A stretch of 60,522 nt of DNA. It comes from an uncultured Ruminococcus sp. (GTDB lineage: Bacteria > Bacillota > Clostridia > Oscillospirales > Ruminococcaceae). Positions within the stretch are counted from its first letter, which is position 1. Each line of letters opens with the position of its first letter. The translations under genes were made by a program, and so were the position numbers. Location: NCBI GenBank assembly GCA_964594275.1, contig CAZQMA010000006.1, positions 1 to 60,522 on the forward strand. Reading direction: 5' to 3'. Shown piece after piece: positions 9,414 to 18,649 of the stretch. The notes under the pieces are model-generated. The model did no database searches. It was given only the letters and a program-made list of their open reading frames with translations, and was not told the DNA's origin.

Positions 9414-10343
9414 TTATCTGTGGTTGCCACCACCGCCGCCGCCGCTTCCGGAGCCGCCTCCGCCTCCTCCGCTGCTTCCACCGCCGCCACTACTGGACTG
9501 GATTCGGGTCTTTGTTCTGTACTTTCTGATAAACATATCAGTCGGTACACCATACTGTACTTTGTCAAATGACGTGTACTGTAAGCTTGAAGGCTTGCTC
9601 TTGAAGCGATAGTGAAGCTTTATCACTATAAACGCAATAATCGCCACTATCAGTCCAACCACTATACCGATAACTGCCGCAAAACCCCAATTTCTCGGGC
9701 GTTCATCTGTATAGATAAGGTTACCTGCATTGTCAAGCATTACGTACTCATCAAGGTCAGAAACGTAGAAATAATCTACCGCTCCGTCAGGTCCTATGTC
9801 ATAATAATATCTCAGACTCTCTAAAAATTCATACAGCGCAGATTCAACGTCTGCATCAATTCTCGGAAGATAAGGATTCATCTCAGAGAAGATTTCTGAG
9901 GTTCGGGAGGCACCGTCAGTTTCACCCGAAAAATAGAATCTTGCTCGATTGCGTGTGTAGAGATAGTCGTAGGGTGAGTAGCTGGAATTGTTATGCCCCG
10001 ATAAATCCAGATACAGTACCACGCTATCCTCGTAGAAACCGTAGTTATCAAGACACAGCTCCTCTGCAAACATAAAGGTATCGTACTCGCCGTAGATTCT
10101 TGTACCACTTACCTGAATCAGAATATTCATATCAATATATTCTGCCGTTGCACGAAGCTCCTTGGTGAGGGCTGCTTCCTCTTCATCGGTAAGCATATCC
10201 GCTTCATCGTATATGTAGCTGAGGGATACGTCTACAGGTGTATTGTCGATAATATGTTTCTCGGCTGACGCACATAGAGACAGCGCACCTGTGCATACAA
10301 ACGCACTCAGAAGAAAGGCGGCTGACTTCTTTAAAATACTCAT
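9414..10343 (-). CDS. TPM-domain (YgcG/UPF0603-like) membrane protein with a Gly-rich C-terminus
   Basis: Signal peptide, TPM-like segment (YIYDEADMLTDEEEAALTKELR...MNILIQV), one TM helix, and a C-terminal GGGGSSGGGGGGSGSGGGGGG. Comparable to B. subtilis YdjH. Confidence 0.55.
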   Translation of the reverse strand: MSILKKSAAFLLSAFVCTGALSLCASAEKHIIDNTPVDVSLSYIYDEADMLTDEEEAALTKELRATAEYIDMNILIQVSGTRIYGEYDTFMFAEELCLDNYGFYEDSVVLYLDLSGHNNSSYSPYDYLYTRNRARFYFSGETDGASRTSEIFSEMNPYLPRIDADVESALYEFLESLRYYYDIGPDGAVDYFYVSDLDEYVMLDNAGNLIYTDERPRNWGFAAVIGIVVGLIVAIIAFIVIKLHYRFKSKPSSLQYTSFDKVQYGVPTDMFIRKYRTKTRIQSSSGGGGSSGGGGGGSGSGGGGGGNHR

Positions 10344-11437
10344 CAGAAAATCATACCTCCTATCAATGTTACTACCAGCGCAACACCTGCAAAAAGTCCT
10401 GCACAGAAGCCTAGGAGCTTACCTATAGACAGGGGTGGAGTGCCTGCCAGCTTGCCTGTCTGACCGTTCATTGCGAAGCTGTAAGTTTTGCCGTTGTGGT
10501 GATAGTTCATAAACCATACAGGCAGGAGTGCGTACTCCCTTTTAACATCCTGATAGCCTACATTTACATTTACAGCCTTAACGCCGCTATAGCCTGTTAC
10601 CTTTGAAGTGAGGTTTTCACGGCAACCGTCGTGAATACGTGTCTTAGCTCTATTAACTACCTTTTCCCACGGAATATCGTACTTTTCTGCCAGGAATCCG
10701 CTTAAATACTGCATAGAAAACTCACGTATATCCTTATAAGAATAAGGCTCGATAGCATCCATGAGAGCATCCTCAATTTTGGTGGCACCGTCAGCGGGTA
10801 CTCTTTCAAATGGGAACGAGCCGCTTCTTGTTACGGCATATTCAGAGGTTTCAGTTATGCGGTAGTCGCCTGATGTCCAACTACGTTTTCTCTCACCGAT
10901 ACAAGTGAGGGTCGCATTTGCTGTACAGGATGTAAGCCAGAACGGAACATATACACCACTCATCTTTTCAAGCTGCTGTTTTGTCTTAAAATCAGAGGGC
11001 AGGAACCATCTTTTTTTGCACCATTTCTTAAAGTCATCTATGGCTTTTTCTTTAGTGTAGGCAAATGGAATTACATAGTTTGGACGGTATTCACCGGTGA
11101 GTCTGCCTGCCAGGACAACAGGGTTATGGCAGTAATAGCAGAAAGTAGCCGCTTCTGTTTCCTCGGCGATAATCTGCGCACCACAGGAGTTACAGGAATA
11201 AAGGCGGGTTTGCTCAGTAAAATCGCTTGTATCGAACTGAGAATAGTCGTTTTCGTCCTTCAGAGTTTTTGCACCACGGTCGGCGGTTTCTTCAGCCATC
11301 TTGTTTACCCGCTCGTACATCTGAGCGATTTCGGCTTCTTCAAAATAGCTGTCGCAGTAGTCGCAGCCGAACCTCTGCTGTTCGGGCTTGAATGTCAACT
11401 CACCGCCGCAGTACGGGCATTTGTATTGTACTGTATT
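10343..11437 (-). CDS. zinc-ribbon membrane protein (YdjG-like)
   Basis: Two CxxC...CxxC ribbons (CPYCGGELTF...CDYCDSYF; CNSCGAQ...CYYCHNPV) and a C-terminal TM helix. The likely start is the TTG at 11437 behind RBS AAAGGAAA; the ORF could extend to 11497. The stop overlaps the start of the downstream gene (ATGA). Confidence 0.55.
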   Translation of the reverse strand, partial: NTVQYKCPYCGGELTFKPEQQRFGCDYCDSYFEEAEIAQMYERVNKMAEETADRGAKTLKDENDYSQFDTSDFTEQTRLYSCNSCGAQIIAEETEAATFCYYCHNPVVLAGRLTGEYRPNYVIPFAYTKEKAIDDFKKWCKKRWFLPSDFKTKQQLEKMSGVYVPFWLTSCTANATLTCIGERKRSWTSGDYRITETSEYAVTRSGSFPFERVPADGATKIEDALMDAIEPYSYKDIREFSMQYLSGFLAEKYDIPWEKVVNRAKTRIHDGCRENLTSKVTGYSGVKAVNVNVGYQDVKREYALLPVWFMNYHHNGKTYSFAMNGQTGKLAGTPPLSIGKLLGFCAGLFAGVALVVTLIGGMIF

Positions 11438-11546
11438 CAAGGTGATTTCCTTTCGTGTTGGATTTGTGTGCGTGAGCTTTTTTGATACTCTACGCAAGAA
11501 TGATATGCTTCGCTCGGTTTCTCTTATATTACTTTACTTCTTTTAC

Positions 11547-12803
11547 TCAGCTTCTCTTGTTGCCGCAGTTTGTGCAGAAATTGCCCTTGTTCACTGTACC
11601 ACAACCACAAGTCCAGTCTGCCGCCGGCTTCTTGCTACCGCAGTTGGTACAGAAATTACCTGTATTCTCTGCACCGCATGTACACTTCCAGCTTGCCGCC
11701 GGTGCTGGCTTCTTACTACCGCAGTTGGTGCAGAAGTTGCCTGTATTCTCTGCGCCGCATGTACACTTCCAACCGCCTGCTGCCGGTGTTGCCTGAGCCT
11801 GCTGCATCTGCATCTGTTGCATATTATTCGCAGAAGCTGTATTCATAAAGCCGCCTGCATTCTGCATGCCCATACCCATTGCCATAAATGCCTGACCTGC
11901 GCCGGCTGTGTTCTTACCTGCTGATTCCATGCCTCTCGCTACAGCACCCTGTACATAGCCTTCTCTTACTGCCGCATCAGACAGCATTGCTCCCTGATTG
12001 CGCATATTAATGAGCTGCTTGCTCTCGTCGTCATAGCTGATGCTGCCAATACCTACGGATACAACCTCTACGCCTCTTACACCCTTCCAATCTTCGTCCA
12101 GTACATCACTCATGTACTTTGCAAGTTTCATGCCCTGTGAAGGAAGTGTAGAAATTCTTACGCCGTCAACTGACATCTGGCTGATTGTTGTCTGAAGTGC
12201 TGTGAGAAATTCCATGTTATACTGCTCGTTGATATCTTCAAAGCTTAACTTATCCCGGTTTCTCTGAGTACACTCCATGTAGAATTTCAGCGGATCGGAT
12301 ACCTTGATGGAATATGTACCGTGACAGCGCAGAAAAAGCTCTGCATTATAGAAGTTATCAAAATACTGAAGAGCGTTTCTTGTGCCAAACTTGATTCCTC
12401 TGATTTCACTGAGATTTACAAAGTAAACCTGCTGTGCGCTTGTAGGCTGACCGCCAAACTTGAATCTTTCCCATGTGTCTCTCAGTGTATCGCCAAGCTG
12501 ACCATTGAATAGTGAAGGAGATGAGGACATAAATACCTCATACTGACCCGCTTCTGCTGTGTAGTCGATAATCTTTCCGTCCTCTACCAGGAACATCATC
12601 TGGTTAGGTCCTACCAAAATCTTAGAGCCGTTGGAAATAACGTTGTCACTGCCCTTTTTGTTGCTGCCACGCTTGCCATTCTGAATCTGTACGCCACGAC
12701 ACATGATGGTTGTTGCGTCCATATCAGGCGCTGCAATATAATCAAGCCAGGAATCTGCCAGCTGACCGCCGATTGCACCTGTTGCTGCTTTAATAAGTCC
12801 CAT
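11547..12803 (-). CDS. SPFH/band-7-like protein of the COG4260 (YdjI-like) family with three C-terminal zinc ribbons
   Basis: MGLIKAATGAIGG... N-terminal domain, a Met/Gln-rich linker (MAMGMGMQNAGGFMNTASANNMQQMQMQQ), then three copies of WKCTCGAENTGNFCTNCGSKKPA. Start at 12803 behind a GGAGG RBS. Resemblance to YdjI is from memory and not verified. Confidence 0.55.
   Translation of the reverse strand: MGLIKAATGAIGGQLADSWLDYIAAPDMDATTIMCRGVQIQNGKRGSNKKGSDNVISNGSKILVGPNQMMFLVEDGKIIDYTAEAGQYEVFMSSSPSLFNGQLGDTLRDTWERFKFGGQPTSAQQVYFVNLSEIRGIKFGTRNALQYFDNFYNAELFLRCHGTYSIKVSDPLKFYMECTQRNRDKLSFEDINEQYNMEFLTALQTTISQMSVDGVRISTLPSQGMKLAKYMSDVLDEDWKGVRGVEVVSVGIGSISYDDESKQLINMRNQGAMLSDAAVREGYVQGAVARGMESAGKNTAGAGQAFMAMGMGMQNAGGFMNTASANNMQQMQMQQAQATPAAGGWKCTCGAENTGNFCTNCGSKKPAPAASWKCTCGAENTGNFCTNCGSKKPAADWTCGCGTVNKGNFCTNCGNKRS
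11570..11800. repeat. about 66-bp tandem coding repeats (about 3 copies) encoding the zinc-ribbon units
   Basis: Near-identical nucleotide blocks ccgcagttggt(a/g)cagaa(a/g)tt(a/g)cctgtattctctgc(a/g)ccgcatgtacacttcca... are visible directly. Confidence 0.8.
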
Positions 12804-12936
12804 AAAAAACCTCCAATAAATGTTGTTGTAATTGTTAATATTCTCTGAAAAAGAATACATTTCAATTATATCATAACTGCGTTACAATTGCAAGAGGTGC
12901 GAAAAGTTTTTTAGCGTTATTGTCGTACTCTACGCC

Positions 12937-12965
12937 TTGACAACCTCTCTCTGCTTTAGTATAAT
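12937..12965 (+). promoter_or_regulatory. sigma-A promoter: -35 TTGACA, 17-nt spacer, -10 TATAAT, upstream of aguA
   Basis: Perfect consensus hexamers at 12937-12942 and 12960-12965. Confidence 0.55.
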
Positions 12966-13015
12966 GTTATAGTAACATCTTAAAGTGAGAATCCTACAGC
13001 AAGGAGCGATACTAC

Positions 13016-14113
13016 ATGAATATACTGTCCTCAAAGCCGAAGTCTGATGGCTTTACCATGCCCGGAGAATTTGAACCTCACTATGGTACAATTATGATAT
13101 GGCCGGAGCGCCACGATTCATGGCAAAATGGAGCCTATGCCGCACGGAAAGTCTTTGTAAAAATTGCCTCTATCATTGCAAAGGATGAAAAGCTTACCAT
13201 GCTTGCATCGTCTAATCAATACGAGACAGCCCGTGCAATGCTCCCGCCTGAGGTGCGGGTTATAGAGTGTACCACTGACGATGCCTGGGCAAGAGATACC
13301 GCTCCTACCTTTATTAAAAGCAGAGCTACAGGAGAAGTACGCGGTATCGACTGGGGCTTCAACGCCTGGGGTGGACTTTATGACGGGCTTTACTTTCCCT
13401 GGGACAACGACAATCACGTTGCCCGTAAGGTCTGCGATTTTCTAGACAAGGACTGCTATAATTTCCGTGATTTTATATTAGAGGGCGGAAGTATTCACAG
13501 CGACGGACAAGGTACAATTATAACAACGGAGAGTTGTCTTTTAAGCGGCGGACGTAATCCTAATATGTCAAAACCTGAGATTGAAGCCATGCTTTTAGAC
13601 TGTCTGGGTGCAGATAAGGTTATATGGCTTCCCCGTGGCATTTATAATGACGAGACCAACGAGCACGTCGATAATGTGTGCGCTTTCACAGCTCCCGGAG
13701 AGGTTGTACTTGCCTGGACGGACAATAAAAATGACCCCCAGTACGCACTTTCAAAGGCTTGCCTTGATGTTCTCAGCCGTGAGACAGATGCTATGGAACG
13801 AAAGTTAAAAGTTCGTCTTTTACATATTCCCTCAAGCCCTGTGTGTGTGTGCAAGAGTGAATGTGAAGGACTTGACCTTATGGATGGTGAACCTACAAGA
13901 ACGCCGGGGGAACGACTGGCGGCGTCCTATGTCAATTTCTACATTACAAATGTTGCAGTGCTTGTACCTCAGTTCGGCGATGAAATGGATGAAAAGGCTT
14001 TAAAGGTTCTGAAAGAATGCTTCCCTGATCGACAGGTTATCGGTATAGCCGCCAGAGACATACTCATTGGCGGCGGAAATATACACTGTATCACTCAGCA
14101 AGTGCCAATATGA
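13016..14113 (+). CDS. aguA: agmatine deiminase
   Basis: MPGEFEPHYGTIMIWPERHDSWQNG... shows full-length similarity to the agmatine deiminase / porphyromonas-type peptidylarginine deiminase family. Confidence 0.9.
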   Translation: MNILSSKPKSDGFTMPGEFEPHYGTIMIWPERHDSWQNGAYAARKVFVKIASIIAKDEKLTMLASSNQYETARAMLPPEVRVIECTTDDAWARDTAPTFIKSRATGEVRGIDWGFNAWGGLYDGLYFPWDNDNHVARKVCDFLDKDCYNFRDFILEGGSIHSDGQGTIITTESCLLSGGRNPNMSKPEIEAMLLDCLGADKVIWLPRGIYNDETNEHVDNVCAFTAPGEVVLAWTDNKNDPQYALSKACLDVLSRETDAMERKLKVRLLHIPSSPVCVCKSECEGLDLMDGEPTRTPGERLAASYVNFYITNVAVLVPQFGDEMDEKALKVLKECFPDRQVIGIAARDILIGGGNIHCITQQVPI

Positions 14114-14222
14114 GGAAAGACTGATATTAGTTCTGCTAAGCAAGGCAGCTTTGGCTACCCGACCGTCTGTCTCGCTTAGCCCGTTAATTATTCATTACAA
14201 CAATAAACAAGGAGTATAAGTT

Positions 14223-15113
14223 ATGCGTAATATTACTGTTGCAGCCGTTCAGATGGCCTGCGAATCCGAAGTTTACGAAAATATCCAGACTGCTGACCGT
14301 CTTGTTCGTCAGGCTGCTGCAAACGGTGCTAACCTCATTCTTCTCCCCGAACTCTTTGAACGTCCCTATTTTTGCCAGGAACGCCAATACGGCTACTACA
14401 GCTTCGCAGAAACACTCTCCGACAACACCGCTGTAAATCACTTCCGAAAACTTGCAGAGGAGCTGGGTGTTGTACTTCCCATAAGTTTCTATGAGCGTTC
14501 AGGCAATAACACCTTCAACAGCCTTGCTATGATTGATGCGGATGGCACTATCCTCGGAGTTTACCGTAAAACCCACATCCCCGACGACCACTTCTACCAG
14601 GAAAAATTCTACTTCACCCCCGGCGATACGGGTTTCAAGGTATGGCATACACGCTTCGGCTGTATCGGTGCGGGCATATGCTGGGATCAATGGTTTCCTG
14701 AAACAGCTCGTGCCATGGCTCTTATGGGTGCGGAGATTCTCCTTTATCCCACAGCTATCGGCTCTGAGCCTATTCTGGATGTGGACAGTATGCCGCACTG
14801 GCAGCGCTGTATGCAGGGACACTCTGCGGCAAATCTCATGCCTATTGTTGCAGCTAACCGCATCGGTACAGAGTCAGTTATCCCATGCGCCGAAAACCAG
14901 TACCAGAAATCAAGCCTTACCTTCTACGGCTCATCCTTTATCACCGATAATACAGGCGAGGTTATTCAGCAAGCCGGTCGGGACTACTCAGGCGTTATTA
15001 TCGACTCCTTTGACCTTGATGAGCTTCATGAAGCACGTCTCAGCTGGGGTCTTTTCCGTGACCGCCGACCTGAAATGTATGGTTCTGTCAGCAGCAGTAT
15101 TCCTATAAAGTAA
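14223..15113 (+). CDS. aguB: N-carbamoylputrescine amidase (nitrilase superfamily)
   Basis: VAAVQMACE...LILLPELFERPYFCQ. The CN-hydrolase catalytic region is present and the gene is adjacent to aguA. Confidence 0.85.
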   Translation: MRNITVAAVQMACESEVYENIQTADRLVRQAAANGANLILLPELFERPYFCQERQYGYYSFAETLSDNTAVNHFRKLAEELGVVLPISFYERSGNNTFNSLAMIDADGTILGVYRKTHIPDDHFYQEKFYFTPGDTGFKVWHTRFGCIGAGICWDQWFPETARAMALMGAEILLYPTAIGSEPILDVDSMPHWQRCMQGHSAANLMPIVAANRIGTESVIPCAENQYQKSSLTFYGSSFITDNTGEVIQQAGRDYSGVIIDSFDLDELHEARLSWGLFRDRRPEMYGSVSSSIPIK

Positions 15114-15350
15114 GTCTTACTTTTGCGGTTTTATTGTGATTATGCATAGATTATCTTGCGGTAAATGGTGTGAAATGTCGTTTTTCGCCGAAAAAATACG
15201 AAGAAAATCTAAACATCCCGTTTTTCTACTTGACTTTGAGTTGTAATGTGGTATAATTGTAAATAGTGACAAATCGGTGACAGTTTCACCTAATTACGTC
15301 AGATTTTGATTACAATTCGGAAACGAAAGGACGTGGATGCAGTGCATCAC

Positions 15351-16328
15351 ATGATACGCAGACTTGCGGCAGCTGTAAGCTGCACAGTTCTGGCTATTAA
15401 TATCACAACTGCTGCTCACGCTGAGAGCACGGTTTCTTACATTGAAATCGGTGAAAACGGCTCTTATACTGAGCTTTATTCTATAAACGAATCAGAAATC
15501 ACCAAGGAGGGCTGGTACACCCGTGACGGTGGTATGACCTTCTCCTATTACTACTCTGATGGTACGTATGCTTCCGGTAAAGCGGCTATCGGCAATGGAA
15601 CTTACCTCTTTACTGCTGAAGGCAGTCTCAAAACAGGTTGGCAGTTGGTTGACGGCAGTAGATTCTACTATAGTCCATTAAACGGTCAGCTCACTCTCGG
15701 CTGGGTTGACTACAATGGCAAGACCTACTACGTTGACGCTGAGACGGGCAAAGTTACAGGTCAGGCAAAAATTGACGGCGTTTACTGCACTTTTGATGAC
15801 TTCGGCGTACTTATTTCCATAGAAGGGACTGCACCCGGTATTCATTATGACGCTCCTTACTATGCTCAGGCTGATGAGCGTTGGGGCGGCGTTTATATCG
15901 GTACAAAGACTATTGCTAAGGTTGGATGTCTTACCAGCTGTATGGCAATGATGCACTCCTACTACACAGGCACTGAGATTACTCCCGATGTTATGTGCAA
16001 GGAATATCTCACTTACAATAACAACTCTCTCCTTTGGGCTGAGGTTTACAATCTGGGCTACCAGGTTGACACCGCTCCTGCTAACAGAAATGACAGCGAA
16101 AATCTCGCTGCGCTCTATGAGTACCTCCAGACAGGCCCTGTTATTGTAGGCGCAAAAAACAGCTACGGCGGTATGCATTTTGTTCTGGTTACAGGCTGCA
16201 CTAAGGATAGTGCAACTAATCTTTCAGCTGCGGATTTCACCATCAATGACCCCGGCTTTGAACGTAAGTCCACTCTTGATGAGCATTTTGAGGACTACGG
16301 TAGTTGGTATCATTTCTACTGCAAGTGA
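15351..16328 (+). CDS. secreted protein with cell-wall-binding repeats and a C39-like papain-fold peptidase domain
   Basis: Signal peptide; YG-type repeats (GKTYYVDAETGKVTGQAKIDGVYCTFDDFG); a C-terminal segment with a conserved Cys (AKVGCLTSCMAMM) and ...GGMHFVLVTG. The start is uncertain (15306 TTG or 15351 ATG). Confidence 0.5.
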   Translation: MIRRLAAAVSCTVLAINITTAAHAESTVSYIEIGENGSYTELYSINESEITKEGWYTRDGGMTFSYYYSDGTYASGKAAIGNGTYLFTAEGSLKTGWQLVDGSRFYYSPLNGQLTLGWVDYNGKTYYVDAETGKVTGQAKIDGVYCTFDDFGVLISIEGTAPGIHYDAPYYAQADERWGGVYIGTKTIAKVGCLTSCMAMMHSYYTGTEITPDVMCKEYLTYNNNSLLWAEVYNLGYQVDTAPANRNDSENLAALYEYLQTGPVIVGAKNSYGGMHFVLVTGCTKDSATNLSAADFTINDPGFERKSTLDEHFEDYGSWYHFYCK

Positions 16329-16364
16329 TTTTTACAGCTTCAGACAATTCAATATGTAAAGTCT

Positions 16365-16400
16365 TTGTTCCACGGTGGATATTTGTTCTGCGTGGAACAT
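16365..16400. repeat. interrupted palindrome family copy TTGTTCCACGgtggatatttgttctgCGTGGAACAT
   Basis: Left and right half-sites are separated by a 16-nt insertion/duplication. Lies next to the terminator at 16411. Confidence 0.7.
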
Positions 16401-16410
16401 TTTATTTAAT

Positions 16411-16441
16411 CGGAAACGGGCGACCAATGGTCGCCCGTTGT
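16411..16441. terminator. bidirectional intrinsic terminator
   Basis: AACGGGCGACC-aatg-GGTCGCCCGTT, between the convergent peptidase gene and spoVT. Confidence 0.75.
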
Positions 16442-16981
16442 TTACAGTTCAATCTGCTTGCCCAGAAACTGAGATGCCGCCTGAATGAGTGACTTCTGAC
16501 TGTCACTAAGCTTTGTATCAGTGCCATTCTCCAGAAATGCAACCGCACCCGTAACATCACCCGAGGAAATAATCGGCAGACACGCAACTGCTCCTTTGTC
16601 TACTCCTTCAGCGGGCATCATTGACGCACCTGCACTCTCGGCAAAATACTGTCTGCGATTCTCCATAAGCTCCTCAAGCTCAGGTGAAACCCTTCTTGCG
16701 TTCCATTCCTTCTTCGCTGCGCCGGAAATGGAAATAACATGGTCTCGGTCAAATACCGCAACCGGACAGCCCGACAGCTTATGCATAATGTCCGCTACCT
16801 GGGCTGCGTTTTCACTGATTTCACCAATAGGAGAGTACTTCTTAAAAATTACCTCGCCGTCGCTTGCCGTATAGATTTCAAGGGGATCGCCTTCTCTGAT
16901 TCGCATTGTCCTGCGTATCTCTTTCGGAATTACTACACGACCTAAGTCGTCTATTCTCCTTACGATTCCTGTTGCCTTCAT
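16442..16981 (-). CDS. spoVT: stage V sporulation protein T (AbrB-type N-terminal domain plus GAF domain)
   Basis: MKATGIVRRIDDLGRVVIPKEIRRTMRIREGD (AbrB/MazE swapped-hairpin). 179 aa, close to B. subtilis SpoVT at 178 aa. Confidence 0.85.
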   Translation of the reverse strand: MKATGIVRRIDDLGRVVIPKEIRRTMRIREGDPLEIYTASDGEVIFKKYSPIGEISENAAQVADIMHKLSGCPVAVFDRDHVISISGAAKKEWNARRVSPELEELMENRRQYFAESAGASMMPAEGVDKGAVACLPIISSGDVTGAVAFLENGTDTKLSDSQKSLIQAASQFLGKQIEL

Positions 16982-17016
16982 TATATTTTACCTCCGTTAA
17001 TATCGGTTTGTGGATG

Positions 17017-17045
17017 TAGTATGTGCTGAAAAGGGAATATTATGC
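17017..17045 (-). promoter_or_regulatory. forespore sigma-G/F-type promoter upstream of spoVT: -35 GCATA, 17-nt spacer, -10 CATACTA
   Basis: The minus strand reads acGCATAatattcccttttcagcaCATACTAcatcc, then about 35 nt to a GGAGG RBS and the ATG. Confidence 0.45.
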
Positions 17046-17254
17046 GTTTTTTTGTAAGAAAAAGTGTTTATTATATTGTCCGCCACCGGCGTACATACGT
17101 ATTCCCTCAAATATACACATCAAAGTGGGCTAAATTTGTGGGAAATAACAGTTGATTTTTTCCGCAAAATCTAATATACTATATTATATGGTTATAATTG
17201 AAACAAAAATGAAAGGAGTCGGGACATATTTACGCAGTTGTCCCGTATAACAGT

Positions 17255-18583
17255 ATGAGTATTAAGGTTGTAAAGTTCGGTGGAAGCAGTCTGGCTGATG
17301 CCGGTCAGATGAAGAAGGCCGCCGATATTATAAAGGCTGACCCAGACCGCCGATATGTTGTACCCTCTGCACCAGGTAAGAGATTTTCAGATGATATCAA
17401 GGTTACAGATCTACTCTATAAGTGCTACGGTCTGGCTGAAAAGGGTGAGGACTTCTCCGCTGTTCTTACTGAAATCCACAGCCGCTATAAGGAAATCATC
17501 TCCGGTCTGGGTATGGATTTCTCCATTGACAAGGACATTAAGACCATCAATGAAAACTTTAAAAAGCGTTTTGGCAGTGACTACGCTGCAAGCCGTGGTG
17601 AATATCTCAACGGCAAGGTGCTGGCAGCTTATCTGGGCTTTAAGTTTGTGGATGCGGCTGAGGTTATCTTCTTTATGGAGGACGGCACTCTCAACCAGGA
17701 TAAGACTACCAAGGCTATTCGTGCAGCTCTGGATGGTGTTGATTACGCAGTTATTCCCGGTTTTTATGGCTGCGGTGCTGACGGTTATGTCCGTACCTTC
17801 TCCAGAGGTGGCTCTGACGTTACAGGCTCAATCGTTGCTGGCGCTGTAAGAGCTGACATCTACGAAAACTGGACTGACGTTTCCGGATTCCTGGTAACAG
17901 ACCCCAGAATCGTCAAGAATCCCGTTCCAATTCGTACAATCACCTACACTGAACTTCGTGAACTTTCCTACATGGGTGCATCTGTACTCCACGATGAGGC
18001 TATTTTCCCCGTTCGTTCTGCAGGTATTCCCATCAACATCAGAAACACAAACGACCCCTCTGCTCCCGGTACACTTATCGTTCCCGACAGCATGGGTGAT
18101 GATGTCAGTCCTTATACAATTACAGGTATTGCAGGCAAGAAGCACTTCTCTGCAATCAGCCTCCACAAGGACAGAATGAACAGCCAAATTGGCTTCTGCC
18201 GTGACGTACTGGATGTTCTGGCTGAAAATGGCATCTGCATTGAGCACATGCCCTCCAGCATCGACTCCATGACTGTTATTGTTGATAGTGCACACCTTGA
18301 TGGAAAGGTTGACGAAATCGTAACTCAGATCCGAAAGAAAGTAAACCCCGATGATATTTACGTTGAGGATGGCGTTGCACTGATTGCTGTTGTAGGCAAG
18401 GGTATGTGCAGAACACGTGGCGTTGCTGCAAGAATCTTCGCAGCTCTCGCTCACGCTCGTATCAACGTTAAGATGATTGACCAGGGTTCCAGTGAGCTTA
18501 ATGTTATCGTCGGCGTAAACGAAGAGGACTTTGAACAGGCTACACGCTGCATTTACGATATGTTTGTAAACGCAGTGCAATAA
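17255..18583 (+). CDS. aspartate kinase
   Basis: VKFGGSS...kinase fold and C-terminal ACT domains (ALIAVVGKGM...INVKMIDQGSSELNVIVGV). Confidence 0.85.
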   Translation: MSIKVVKFGGSSLADAGQMKKAADIIKADPDRRYVVPSAPGKRFSDDIKVTDLLYKCYGLAEKGEDFSAVLTEIHSRYKEIISGLGMDFSIDKDIKTINENFKKRFGSDYAASRGEYLNGKVLAAYLGFKFVDAAEVIFFMEDGTLNQDKTTKAIRAALDGVDYAVIPGFYGCGADGYVRTFSRGGSDVTGSIVAGAVRADIYENWTDVSGFLVTDPRIVKNPVPIRTITYTELRELSYMGASVLHDEAIFPVRSAGIPINIRNTNDPSAPGTLIVPDSMGDDVSPYTITGIAGKKHFSAISLHKDRMNSQIGFCRDVLDVLAENGICIEHMPSSIDSMTVIVDSAHLDGKVDEIVTQIRKKVNPDDIYVEDGVALIAVVGKGMCRTRGVAARIFAALAHARINVKMIDQGSSELNVIVGVNEEDFEQATRCIYDMFVNAVQ

Positions 18584-18604
18584 GCCGCTTACTAATATAA
18601 CAAT

Positions 18605-18640
18605 AAAACCGAGGCTTTCCAAAGCCTCGGTTTTTTCTTT
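18605..18640 (+). terminator. intrinsic terminator after the aspartate kinase gene
   Basis: AAAACCGAGGCTTT-cc-AAAGCCTCGGTTTT followed by TTCTTTTG. Confidence 0.8.
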
Positions 18641-18649
18641 TGTTTCAGT

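Noticed and set aside
11570-11800. Possible CRISPR array, from regularly spaced direct repeats.
   Set aside because: The repeats are about 66 bp, contiguous and in-frame coding. There are no spacers or cas genes. The same applies to the ACN repeats at 29296-29410, which encode a Thr linker.
11388-11924. Cys/Leu-rich plus-strand ORFs 11388-11924 and 11482-11796, with internal repeats.
   Set aside because: They are the antisense reading of the zinc-ribbon repeat region of the SPFH gene. The repeats come from that gene.
14114-14222. Possible tRNA or sRNA in the aguA-aguB spacer, where GCTAAGC...GCTTAGC are inverted repeats.
   Set aside because: There is no tRNA-like T-arm or anticodon structure. 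It is most likely a loose terminator or inter-cistronic hairpin.
16990-17254. Lysine riboswitch (L-box) upstream of the aspartate kinase gene.
   Set aside because: No recognisable L-box conserved core is seen. The region is AT-rich and promoter-like only.
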